Positions 14,416 to 26,923 of a stretch of 64,000 nt of DNA are shown piece after piece. The stretch is from Octopus sinensis (Eukaryota). Numbering within the stretch: position 1 is the stretch's first letter; the number at the start of each line of letters is the position of its first letter. Where the stretch lies: positions 82,336,001 to 82,400,000 of the forward strand of contig NC_043001.1 in NCBI RefSeq assembly GCF_006345805.1, in the 5' to 3' direction. Made by a program: the position numbers and the translations under genes. The notes below the pieces were generated by a model. It saw only the letters and a program-made list of their open reading frames with translations. It searched no databases and was not told the origin of the DNA.

Positions 14416-15470
14416 TGTGTATATTCCACCAAAAGAATAACTACCTCCCCTGCTTGTAATAGAAAAATCACTATTACGCTCGTCTTAGATTTATTTAGCC
14501 ACTGATTCCTTTACAAAACAACTTACCTACTACTATTGTAATATTTTCATTAATTTCTTAGTCATGACTAGCAAAAACGAAACCGGTTGATTACCAGGGA
14601 GAGAATTATATTATCAATATTGTTGGGTGAGGGAGAAAGCGAGACCTCATTCGTTTGTTTTGAATTCGTTGGTACTGGTCATTGGATATAGTTTGTCTGA
14701 TGATACTTGAATCAGATAGGTATGTTCAATTTTTTCAGTGCTCTCAAATTTAAAATCTTGAAAGCTTGTGCTGATGAAGAGAATGATAGAATAAAGGTGT
14801 GATTTTTGCATTTTCATAGATATCTAACTCAGAAACGCGTCCATAGGTAATCAAATGCCGAGTGAATTTTCGTTGCTTTTTTCTCTATGCCTACGTGAAT
14901 TGTTTTGAGTATATGTTGTCTGGGAGTTTCTTCTTATAGTAGAAGAAATAGCTAAATTTTTGGCTGCTCTTTCTAAAGTTCGGTATGTAGCGAAGCAAAT
15001 TTTGCTGAACCCTAATTATGATATATATACTGGGGTCGATTCATTCAACTAAACTCATCAAAGCAGAGCCCCGGTATGACTGCTGTCCAATGACTGAAAC
15101 AAGTCAATATAAAATATAAAAGATTGCTGAGATGATATAAGGCTCTTAGTGGTGTTGCACTGAACAAAGTCTGAGGTAGTTGAACGGTCACGAAAGTTTG
15201 CGGTCATTCTTAAAGTTCACGTCTGAGAACTTATAAGAGAATTATGCATATGTATAGCTGATTTTATACTCCACAGCCCAAAGAGCAATGACTTAAGGAA
15301 GCAGCCGAAACTTCACATATTTCCGTATATCATTCGTCTTTGTTGCTGTAGTACATGAAAACAGCGTCGCGAGTGAATGAATTTTCTTTGTATCTCCAAT
15401 GAGGAAATCTTTAAGTGATTGTAGACTGCTGTGCGTTTTTGGTTTTCAGAAATACATTACATCCGGTTTC

Positions 15471-15521
<51 letters not shown>

Positions 15522-15764
15522 AGAGAGAGAGAGAGAAAGATATATATATATAGATATATATATATATATATACAAACACACACACATATGTATATACATA
15601 TATATATATAAAATAATAGTTATCGCCATACTAATATGGCATTCTTATAAAAATAAGAAAAAAGCTGTCCGCTTATTAGCTCCATGAGGCCATCGCCTTA
15701 AGTTAGCTATTTGATACACAAACTGTATCCATATAACCTTCGAACAAGGGAGGTCAGTCGCTCC

Positions 15765-15842
15765 ACACTACTTGACCGGCAGCTACAGACGCGTTTCGGG
15801 GTATTGCCCATTTTCAATGCAGCGTAGCCAGCCAGAAGGTGT
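15765..15842 (-). ncRNA. Type I HHR copy in the antisense unit, with a G10.1>U change in stem II
   Basis: Minus strand reads UUGAAAA-UGGG(CAAUA)CCCC-GAAA-CGCGUC. Confidence 0.55.
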
Positions 15843-16292
15843 CGCTTCCGACAATCTCTGTTCGATGGTTTTATTTACCTAGTTTCGGTGGAATACATCC
15901 ACTTGTTTTCAATAATAGAAATATTAAAATAACTAAGTCTCTCTAAAAGAGAACAGCGGCAGCGTTCCCGGAAAATAATAGTTATCGCCATACTAATATG
16001 GCATTCTTATAAAAATAAGAAAAAAGCTGTCCGCTTATTAGCTCCATGAGGCCATCGCCTTAAGTTAGCTATTTGATACACAAACTGTATCCATATAACC
16101 TTCGAACAAGGGAGGTCAGTCGCTCACACTACTTGACCGCAGCTACAGACGCGTTCGGGGTATTGCCCCTTTTCATGCAGCTGTTCTCTTTTAGAGAGAC
16201 TTAGTTATTTTATATTTCTATTATTGAAAACAAGTGGATGTATTCCACCGAAACTAGGTAATAAAACCATCGAACAGAGATTGTCGGAAGCG

Positions 16293-16370
16293 ACACCTAC
16301 TGGCTGGCTACGCTGCATTGAAAAGGGGCAATACCCCGAAACGCGTCTGTAGCTGCCGGTCAAGTAGTGT
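16293..16370 (+). ncRNA. Type I hammerhead ribozyme, U3:A8 core variant
   Basis: GCUGCA-UUGAAAA-GGGG(CAAUA)CCCC-GAAA-C(GC)G-UC/UGUAGC. Stem I extends with UGGCUGGC/GCCGGUCA and CUAC/GUAG. Predicted cleavage is after C16347. Confidence 0.75.
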
Positions 16371-16652
16371 GGAGTGACTGACCTCCCTTGTTCGAAGGTT
16401 ATATGGATACAGTTTGTGTATCAAATAGCTAACTTAAGGCGATGGCCTCATGGAGCTAATAAGCGGACAGCTTTTTTCTTATTTTTATAAGAATGCCATA
16501 TTAGTATGGCGATAACTATTATTTTCCGGGAACGCTGCCGCTGTTCTCTTTTAGAGAGACTTAGTTATTTTAATATTTCTATTATTGAAAACAAGTGGAT
16601 GTATTCCACCGAAACTAGGTAAATAAAACCATCGAACAGATTGTCGGAAGCG

Positions 16653-16729
16653 ACACCTACGGCTGGCTACGCTGCATTGAAAAGGGGCAATACCCCGAAA
16701 CGCGTCTGTAGCTGCCGGTCAAGTAGTGT
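16653..16729 (+). ncRNA. Type I hammerhead ribozyme, U3:A8 core variant (second sense copy)
   Basis: Core identical to 16318-16347; predicted cleavage after C16706. Confidence 0.72.
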
Positions 16730-16938
16730 GGAGCGACTGACCTCCCTTGTTCGAAGGTTATATGGATACAGTTTGTGTATCAAATAGCTAACTTAAGGCG
16801 ATGGCCTCATGGAGCTAATAAGCGGACAGCTTTTTTCTTATTTTTTAAGAATGATGCATATTAGTATGGCGATAACTATTATTTTCCGGGAACGCTGCCG
16901 CTGTTCTCTTTTAGAGAGACTTAGTTATTTTATATTTC

Positions 16939-16982
<44 letters not shown>

Positions 16983-17008
16983 GTATATGCATACACACAC
17001 ATACACCA

Positions 17009-17052
<44 letters not shown>

Positions 17053-17057
17053 CTATA

Positions 17058-17114
<57 letters not shown>

Positions 17115-17348
17115 ATCCGTTGCCCTTAATTCAGAGAAAGGCGCACTCTAAAATAGGAATAAACCGGTTATATATTTCTTTTGTAGACTGCAGTTTGTTG
17201 TAACCTGCTCGACAATACACTCACTAACGCAAACATATTATATACGTGTGTGTGTGTTTGTGTGTGTGTGAGTGTTTGTGTGTGTGTGTGTGTGTCTGTG
17301 CTTGTGCATGTGTGTGTGGGTGTTGTATGTCTGTGTACATATGATATA

Positions 17349-17570
17349 CAGTAACCCCTCGCCATATTGTGGTTCACCTATCGCGGTTTATTATTTAAGC
17401 TTACGTCGATTCCTCCGCGTTGTTGTTTTGCATTTATAATAAAATAAATACATACAAATTATAAAACTAATTTGAAAGAGTACAAAGTACAGCACTGTTT
17501 CTACTTGGCGAATTTTCACTTATCACGGTGGTTTTGGAACTTAACACCCGCGATAGTCGAGGAATTACTG
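17349..17570. mobile_element. pogo/Tigger-like MITE (Tc1/mariner superfamily)
   Basis: TIRs cagtaacccctcg / cgaggaattactg with a TA duplication on both sides; 222 bp. Confidence 0.75.
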
Positions 17571-17627
17571 TATTTCAATATATAACTTGACTGAATTTTC
17601 AAGTATTTTTTCTACTAGCCACGCACG

Positions 17628-17682
<55 letters not shown>

Positions 17683-19099
17683 CCACTACCACCACCACCA
17701 CCACCACCACCACCACCACCATTCACAACATACACACATACATACATAAATTCATGCTTATTTTGCAGTTCTGTTTTCATTTTCTTCACGCTTAAATTCT
17801 TTTTTTTTTCCTCCTTTCCTCACTCCGACTGTTCCTGTTTCTAAATATCTCCTCATTTAACTCTCTTTTCCTCTAAGTCACTCTCTCCCTCCGTACTTTC
17901 CACTCTTTTACTCCGCCACATTCTCACCCTTCTCCCATCTCGTCTGTTACTCCTCTTCTCTTACCAACCGTTTCTTCAACAGATATTTGCTCAGTGATTC
18001 GAAAGCGCAGTTTCTAATTGTATTTGATTCCAGCGACAAACAACTGTCTGTAAGAGGATAGACATTGGACGTTTATGTAATGAAACACAAAACTAGAATC
18101 CTTATTTATTTATTTATCTATTTGCCAGTTCTTCTCTTTACACACAACACTATCTAAACCCACAAACCATCACAAGCCATCTTTTTGCGTTCATCCATTC
18201 CATTTTACAATTGTGCTTGCTTTTTACCGTTGTTTTGAAGTGCTCCATTAAATCAGAAAATGTCAGATCTAGTTCGACATATGCAGCAGAGCAAAGCAAG
18301 GGGTGATGAGGAGTTGATAAATAGTGGTGGTGGTGGTGGTGGTGGTGATGGCGATGTCGACTTGAAAAGGCTAACTAGATCAGTCTTTTTACAATTAGGA
18401 ATAGACTTGTTTCAAAAGAGATAAGTCCCTGAAATGAAAGTTATACACCTACCTACCTACCTACCTACCTACATACATACATACATACATACATACATAC
18501 ATTCCCCTCTCTCTCTTTCTCTCTCTCTCTATTTCTCACTCTCTCTCTCCCTCGCTCTATGTGCGTAATCACATGGTTCCGGATTCTGTCCCACTGCATG
18601 ACACCTTCGGCAAGTGTCTTCTACAATAGCCTTGGGCTAACCGAAGCCTTGTGAGTGAATTTGATGGACGGAAACAGAAAGAAGTCCGTCGAATTCCAGG
18701 CACCTTAATTATTCTCCTTTATAAACTACAAACTAGGGAAATTGAATCATTCTCTGACCGATGTTGGCCAAAGAATCATGAAATGGCGCACACTTGGATT
18801 CATGGAACGTTTTCTTTAGTGTCTAATTCATGGGTATATTCACCTGATGAAAACGTTTTTTTTCCGCATAATATAACTCTATTCATTAAGAAAAAATAAC
18901 ACTATGAAACAGCTGTAATGTGTGAACTGCTATCCGTCTGTTGTTATTTGTGTATATGTATATGATGAGCCATGTCTCATGCGACCTGTTTCTCGAAAAA
19001 TTTTACTCATGAATAAGGTAGAAGATATGAGGAAAGACCTCGGTTGAGCGCGTATGTACGAATAAGAGGTTTTGGCTCCACCAAGTGCGTCTTTATGTT

Positions 19100-19345
19100 T
19101 GGTTAGTCCACATTACTCCATAAGGAGTACAGGGCCGGTTTCCTGGTTTCTTTGGCACATAACGCTCTCTCCGGACGGGTGGCCAGTCCGTTGAAGCATT
19201 ACTCATTTTTACCAGTTAAGTAGACTGTAGTAACATGAAATGAAACGTTTTACTCAACAACACAACATATCGCCCGGTCCAAGAATCGAAACCACAATCA
19301 ACTGATCATGAGTCCAAAATCCTAACCGCTAAGCCATGCGCCTCC
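19100..19345 (-). mobile_element. tRNA-headed SINE, diverged (family C/D-like)
   Basis: The minus strand has a tRNA-like head and a cggactggccacccgtcc motif shared with 24080-24105. Confidence 0.6.
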
Positions 19346-19534
19346 ACTCTTCTGTATATTTAGTTCTTACGATAGCTGTCTGCAAAGAACTAAAATTGAC
19401 AACCACATTCTTGCATATTTGAGAGAATCTCATTTTTTGCTTTAATTTCCTATCCATACAACAATCTTCTTCACTCGGTATTTCAGGAAGTGTCGTAGGA
19501 GTAGTGCCCTCAATCAATTCCTTCATTGAGTCAT

Positions 19535-19700
19535 ATCAGAAGCAACCATCATTAGAATTTCCAGCTGGATTCTCAAACATGGCCAACTGTGACTATAGAT
19601 ATTATCCAACCATCTCGTTCTTGGTCTATCTTTAGGTCTCCTGCCAGTTGGTTCTGCTTTGAAGAATCCAACGTGCGATTCTTTCCTGCGACTGTCTAAT
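19535..19700 (-). mobile_element. RTE-clade LINE, 3' fragment
   Basis: Minus translation YEHVIRQSQERIARWILQ-EPTGRRPKDRPRTRWLDNIYS resembles the RTE C-terminal GxRxxGRPxxRW motif; it is similar to 51880-51990. Confidence 0.7.
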
Positions 19701-20179
19701 CACATGTTCATAGTAACAGATCTGTGACCTCCCAATGCGGTGAAGTAGCGGCTGGACTCGGAGAGACTCCCTGATCTGTGACTTACGCACCCTGTCACGT
19801 AACGTTACTCCAAGGGTTTCTTGGTGGGATTCGAACGCAATAGAGTGAAGCTTTATTACTGCAATGCAATTAGTTTCAGCTGTGCATATTTGTCAATTTT
19901 CCAAACTTTAAAGAAATAAATGTTAAGAAAGAAAACAATTTGAAGAATTGTTTGAGTTTCATAGAAATTAATATATTCCGTATGTTCGCTGTCAAGAAAC
20001 TATTGAACATCTAGAATAATGAATATATATCGGCTTTAATTGATCATTCTTATCATTACATATGCAATATCGACGTATTGATGACGTCGTCATGCGTTAC
20101 ATTAATCAGAAAGTTTGCACAATCTTATATAACAGAATAAATTCATTTGGTTCAGCGATGTACGTGTAGGAGAGATGTC

Positions 20180-22430
20180 CCTGAAATGGTTTAAAACTGT
20201 GGCACACTGCCAGCAATTTTAGAGTAAGAAATAAGTTAATTACACCGATCACGGTGTTCAAATCGTACTTACTTTTTCGATCTTGAAAAGGCAAAGATAT
20301 CTTCGGTGAAATTTGAACACAGAATGCAAAGAGCCGGAAGAAATACCGGTGAATATTTTGTCCGACCCGCTAACGATTCTGTCAGTTGGCCGCCATTCAC
20401 TTTATCTAGCAACAGGCCAGCAATTTTAAGGCATAGGATAAAATGATTTCATCTATTCCAGTGTTAGATTGGTACTTATTGCATCGATCCCCGAAAGCTT
20501 GAAAAGCAAACTCGGCCTCAGCGAAAACTGAACTTAGAACATAAAGAACTAAGCATTTTGTCCAACATGCTTTACTAAAAATAATCAACGGAGTTCTTTT
20601 ATCTTTCTTTCATTTCTTGTTTTCTGTAGCTTTACAGAGTAGAAAATTGCTAATGGAAAAAAAAACCGCGTGGTCCGAATTAATTCAAGATTTCTTGAAG
20701 TGAACACACCTTTCATTTGATTCCTACTGTTCATAACAAAACCATTACAGACCCGCCAAAAACTCAACAAATAAAGTGTTATTTCCCAGCTTGCATCGAC
20801 CCCAGTACTTATTTTATTGACCCCGAACGAATAAAAGACAAAATCGACCTCGGCTGAATTTGAACTCAGAACGTAAAGACGAACGAAATACCGCTAAACA
20901 TTTTGTCCGACACAGTAACGATTTTAGCAGCAATAATAAAAACGATTCCAAATTTTGGCACAGAGCCAGCAATTTCGGAAGAAGGGGGTAAGTCAATTAC
21001 ATCGTTTAATTGGTACATATTTTATCAAGCCCGAAAAGAGAGGAAAAATAAAGTCGACCGCCATGAATTTTGAACTCAGAATGTTAAGACGGACGAAATA
21101 CTGCTAAGCATTTCGCCTGGCGTGTGATTCTGCCTGCTAGTCGCCTTAACAACAACAACAACAACAACAATAGCAATAACAACAACACCGATTCTTTCTA
21201 GTTTTGACAAAAGGCCTGTAAGTGTACAGAAATAGGTTAGTCGACTACATCGCCTCCTTTGACTAACTGGCTCTTATTTGCTCGACCTCGAAAGAATGAA
21301 AGGCAAAATCGACCTCAGAAAAATTTGAACTCAAAAGTCGATTTTGCCTTTCATTCTTTTTGGGTCGATAAAATAAAGTACCGGTGAAGAACTGGAGTGG
21401 ATGTAATTGACATGCCTCTACACTCAAAACTGCTGGCATCGTGTCAAAATAAGAAATAAAAACATATTTCTTTTATTTGTATTTAATTGGAATGTTATAG
21501 CTTACCAGAATTAGTAGTGACAGAGAATAATGCTACAAACTTAAACCTTGTTATAATATAAACTCAAATTCCACCAAGATTGAATTTTTTCCTTTCTGTT
21601 TTTTTTTCTTTAGAGGTTGATACATAAACTAGCAGTCGAGTAATAAGATCGATAAAATTGTCTGTAACGTCCGGCCGAAAATATTTGTATCCTTGTGTCT
21701 ACATTAGAAATAATGTTAGTTGTTACATGAACACAATATATTGTTTTTAAATGGATATTTGTTTTGCTTTCCCCTTTTAGAAAAATCATTAATAAACAAA
21801 GAATGTTCTTTTAGAAAACACATATACAATTCTGAAACACGATTAGTAAAAACTTCAGTCAATACAGGGATTTATTGGAATTTTTAAAATCCACTTTTTA
21901 TTTTCCAACTCTTCGTCCAATCAATGCAGCAACGGAGTTCCATTACCAAAACTGCATCAAATTCAAAAGCCTACGTGAAGGTAGTAATATATTTCTTTCT
22001 TTCCGCTAAAGGCACATGGCCTCAAATTTTGAAGGGAGAGGGCTTAGCCGATTTCATCGACCCCAGTTTTTAACTGATATATATTTTATCGACCCCGAAA
22101 GAATGTTAAGCAATGTCGACTTCAGTGGAATTTGAGCTTAGAACGTAAAACCGGAAAAGAAGCTGCTAAGATTTTTGTGCGATGTGCTAACGATTCTGCA
22201 TTAATAATAATGCAGCCTTAATAATAACAATATTACTTTCTACCATTGGCAAAAGGCCTGAACTTTTGAAGGATTAGGCTGTTTCCCAACTGATCCTTTT
22301 TTTATCGACTCGGAAAGAATGAAATGCAAAGTCGACCTCGGTGGCATTTGAATTCAGAACGGAAAGCCGAAAGAAATGCCACTAACCATTTTACCCAGCC
22401 TCTTAACGATTCTTCCAGCATGCTGCAAAG
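20180..22430. mobile_element. Cluster of SINE family B copies and fragments, in both orientations
   Basis: Recurrent motif ttatcgaccccgaaagaatgaaaggcaaagtcgacctcg...tttgaactcagaacgtaaag. Confidence 0.8.
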
Positions 22431-22554
22431 ATTCCGTCAGCAAGCTGCCCTAGAAACTTTAATGATGTATTATCATATAAAATTTTAAATGGTTTGACAG
22501 CCTTTCATTGTCATCAAACATAAATCATTCTTCAATGGAATATTGGCAATGTAG

Positions 22555-22955
22555 TTATGTTGGCTGTGTGGTTAAGAAACTTACTTTACAACCATATGGC
22601 TTCAGTTTCAGTCTAACTGCGCGGCTCCTTGAGCAAGTATCTTTTACTATAGCTCCGGGTCGACCAATGCCTTCTGAGTGAAGTTGATAAGCGGAAACTA
22701 TGTGGAAGCCTGTCTTGTGTATAGATATGTGCGTATGCCTTTGTGCTTGTATTTGTCCCCCCACCAACGCTTGTCGACCAGTGTTCGTTTGTTTACATAC
22801 TTATGACTTAACAGGCCGCCAAAAGAGATCGGTTAAATAAGGATTATATTTACAAATAAGTGCTTGGGTCAATTTGTTCAATTAAAACCCTTCAAAGCGG
22901 TCACCCAACATGGCTGTAGTCCAATGACTGAAACAAGTAAAATATAGAAGATAAA
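22555..22955 (+). mobile_element. SINE family A, diverged
   Basis: Colinear with family A. Confidence 0.8.
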
Positions 22956-23891
22956 ACATTTGAAAACTTACAAAACAAAGCAGAAATCATCCATTTAGTA
23001 ATAGCTTCGTTTATAAAACCATTTCTTTTGTTGAGTAATATATCAAAAGGTCGCAAAGTTGCTAAGTTTAAACTTGAAGAAGAACACAGCGAACATTTTG
23101 GAGAATCTTCTGCGAACGATTTAATGAAATTTTCTTGTTATAAACGGAGGCTGGTTATAGAGTAATGCTGCAGAATAATTAATCGATAGTATTATTTCAC
23201 TTCGCTGGTTTACAATATAGATACATGAATTGATAGATAAATCAAATCACGAACTTTTGCTGATATCTGTTACGCATATTAAATATACTGAAAAGCATGT
23301 CAAAGTAAAAGTATTTTATTATTCTTAAATAATGAACGCCAGACACTTTCATAGGATTTCATGTTATCATGGACACCAATGTTCTTAAAGACAAAAGACT
23401 CCTGATATGTAGAACAAATGTTCTGTAGGTTTAATAATGAACGTAAGAGAGGGAGGCTATGTGCTGTAGGGAAGCGTAGAGTGTGACTTAGAGAGATGCG
23501 TACTAAACAAGATCATAAAGAGTTACGTTTTCATAAACGACCCAAAACTGTTATATATTAACAAAAGTCCCAAACAAGGCAAGAAGCCACCAAATGTAAG
23601 GGACTATGAAGAAAGGGGAATTAAGACGACAGGAGTGAATTTATTTAAAACAAGAAAGAGTTCCGGTCATAAGAAGGAGGAAAACAATGAGATGGAAAAG
23701 CGTTCCATCTCATAATTTAATAGTTCGTGGAAAAAAGCTACGACCGTAGAAATACTTTGGAGGAAGATGCTTTGAATTTTGAGTTATGCTAGATGGGGCA
23801 AAAATGATCTGGAGCAGAGGGAGAAAGTTCATCAGAGAACTTTCTGTGACAATATCGATAGAAAATACTGGCTACGTTACCGCCGGTAAAA

Positions 23892-24190
23892 GTGGAGGCA
23901 CATGGCCTAGTGGTTAGAGCAACGGACTCGCGGGTTCGAGTCTCAGACCGGGCGATTTGTATGTTTATGAGCGAAACAACTAAGCTCCACGAGTCCCCTA
24001 CAGAAGGTAATGGCGAACTGCTGCTAACTCTTTCGCCACAACTTTCTCACACGCTTTCCTTCTGCATCTTGCAGCTCACCTGCGACGGACCGGCGTCCCG
24101 TTCAGATGGGGGACCTATATGCCAAGGAACCCGGGAAACCGGTCCTATGAGCCAAGCATGACTCGAGAAGTAACAAACAACACAACAACA
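23892..24190 (+). mobile_element. tRNA-derived SINE family D, with a V-domain-like core
   Basis: Head tggcctagtggttagagc...gggttcgagtctc, core cctgcgacggaccggcgtcccgttcag and an (aac)n tail. The V-domain assignment is from recall, not alignment. Confidence 0.7.
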
Positions 24191-25879
24191 ACGCTTTCAA
24201 AACCGTATAGCCTTCGCATTCAAAACCAGAATGCAGTGTTCTAATTTGCAACGTACAACGAAAAATTATCTGAATATAATTTTTTGTTCGTAACAATATA
24301 TATATATATATATATACAGAATTACATAAAAGCCTTAAAAAGTATGGGACTAGCATTTTTGGTCAAAAATATTGGAATTACTGTATGTTGTACGTTCTGT
24401 GGCATCTTGAAACGTAAAGAGACTCCTGTGTGAATTACGATGCCAGGATAATTATTACCCCGAGTTCTTAATATAAAAATTTGAAAATGTACAAAATATG
24501 ATCTTTAACTTCGAATAATGAAAAAAAAAACCAATCTATATAATAGCGAATGTAAGAAACCGTAATAATTATAAGCAAAGATAATTAGCATTATGATACA
24601 CATATTAATGGTTATGCGAATTAAACAAATTATTATTAAATTATTTTTGACTGATTACTTGTAAATTTATAAAAATTATCATTCATAGATAGAATTATTT
24701 CGTAAAGATGACATTAGTATTTGTACGCAGTTGTTTTGTTAAAATAGAGTATCCGATAATTTAATTTAATTTAATTAATTTTTAATATAACTTAATTCCG
24801 ATGAACTAAACAAATTTCTTGTGATAAAAAGATGTCACAGAATGAACAACATTTCAATATTTTTGAGCAACAATGATAGTCCAATAATTTTTAAGGTTTA
24901 TTATGACATTCTGTAACCCTTTTGAACGTGAGCATTTTTCAATTCTAGTTTCGTACTTTTTAAGGCAACGCTTGTAATGTTTTATATATGCACTGTATTT
25001 CTCCTAATGGTGTGACAGCTAATGGATGTACGTCGGTGTTAATGTATTTGTATGCGTGCTTGTTCTTGTGTGTGTGCGTGTGTGCGAGCGTGTTCTTGTA
25101 TAGTCCCACAGATCTTGTTTAATTTAGCTTTAAAATTAAAAGAAATCAATGTCATTTATATTTTTTTCTTTCGCAATTCCTTTAATCAATAGTAAGTGTT
25201 AATTTACATTTCTTCTCTTTTTCCATGCATGTTGCAATATTTCGTCTCTTTAATGCATGTTGCAATATTTCGCTCTTTGATTTCGGCACTTTGATGCACG
25301 TTGCAATATTTCGGCACTTTGGCGGTTAGAAAAACCCCACATGGACTATTATAACTAATACGGCTTTTTCGACGTTGATCTCGTTTTCTTCTTTGAATTT
25401 ACGGATTTTACATACACAAACGAAGCAGGTAAGAACAAATAAGCAAGGTTTTTCTCAAGTTTAAAATGCGACATTGTTTTTGTTTTATATATTTACATTC
25501 CACACCCATAAATGCATAAAAACAGGACACACACACATACACACAAGAGCAAGCAGGCACACACACACTCACACACGCATACACAGACTCATGCACAAAG
25601 AACAAGTATGAACACACACACACACACACACATACACACACACACACAGACCTATACCCATTAGCTACATCTTCCATTTCGACACGTCAAACTGAACAAG
25701 CATGTGCGAAGACAGCTCCATGCCAAACGACCGCACAATTGGTTAATGATGATTGAAAATTAACCAGTAAAACATAATCACCACACAAACAGCCACGGCC
25801 CCATTACAATTTCATTCGCAAGCTAGAAATATATTATCATACAAACAGTAGATTCGATTATAACATTCTGTTGTCGGTC

Positions 25880-26237
25880 ACCGCATGGCATCTTGGGCAA
25901 ATGTCTTCTATAGCCTCGGGCCGACCAAAGCCTTGTGAGTGGATTTGGTAAGTGGAAACTGAAAGAAGCCCGTCGTATATATATATATATATATTATATA
26001 TAATATATATATATATACACATTTATGTGAATGTCTTTTTGTCTGCGTTTGTCACCACCACAATCGCTTGACAACCGATGTTGGTGAGTTAACATCCCCA
26101 TAACTTAGCGTTCGGCAAAAGTAACTGATAGAATAAGTACCGGGCTTACAAAAAGTAAGTCCTGGAGTCGATTTCTTCGACTAAAAGCTGGTGCTCCAGC
26201 ATGGCCGCAGTCAAACGACGGAAATAAATAAAAGAAT
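25880..26237 (+). mobile_element. SINE family A, 5'-truncated
   Basis: Colinear with family A. Confidence 0.85.
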
Positions 26238-26257
26238 ATATGCATATATATATATAG

Positions 26258-26314
<57 letters not shown>

Positions 26315-26340
26315 CGTATATATATATATATATATATACG

Positions 26341-26371
<31 letters not shown>

Positions 26372-26389
26372 TATATATATAATATATAC

Positions 26390-26423
<34 letters not shown>

Positions 26424-26428
26424 ATATA

Positions 26429-26486
<58 letters not shown>

Positions 26487-26516
26487 CGTATATATGTATA
26501 TATATGCATACATATA

Positions 26517-26808
26517 CTAGGTTGAGGAAAAAGTTCGTGCGCCGTATTAAAGTAATGAACTGAATGAACATACAAACCACAAAAATATATAAAAACGCAT
26601 TATTTTAACACTCGCATAGCAAGTGACTTGATCTGAGATCGTGTGCTGAGACGAAAACAATTGCAGCGTGGAAGGTGTTTGTAAGCCATTTAAGAAACAC
26701 ACAAAAGCCGTTCGATTCACTTCAACATTTAAGTTTAATTTGTCAAAATGTTTTCGTCGCTAAAATTCGCGACCTGTTCACTGACAAAAATCCGTGCTGC
26801 ATCAGATG
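26517..26808 (+). mobile_element. Probable mariner-like 5' end fragment
   Basis: Begins TA-ctaggttgaggaaaaagtt, which resembles a mariner TIR. No partner TIR was found. Confidence 0.4.
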
Positions 26809-26902
26809 CATTTTGACAAATTAAACTTAAATGTTGAAGTGAATCGAACGGCTTTTGTGTGTTTCTTAAATGGCTTACAAACACCTTCCACGCTGCAATT
26901 GT
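26657..26902. repeat. Perfect 94-bp inverted repeat with a 58-bp spacer
   Basis: 26657-26750 is the exact reverse complement of 26809-26902. Confidence 0.95.
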
Positions 26903-26923
26903 ATATATATATATATATATATA

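Larger units (their letters stand above)
15610..16943. mobile_element. Retrozyme-like/PLE pLTR array of a ~360-bp unit: 1.6 copies on - followed by 2.1 copies on +
   Basis: Units are 15610-15971 and 15972-16180 (partial), then inverted 16181-16540, 16541-16900 and 16901-16943 (partial). (TA)n flanks both sides and each unit contains an HHR motif. Confidence 0.85.

Noticed and set aside
15610-16943. CRISPR-like or satellite interpretation of the array
   Set aside because: The context is eukaryotic, the units are contiguous 360-mers without unique spacers, and only ~3.7 copies are present with an internal inversion.
18843-18860. Isolated CTGATGA matches (also ~14770, ~14697 and ~49336)
   Set aside because: No stem II, GAAA and NUH in the correct order.
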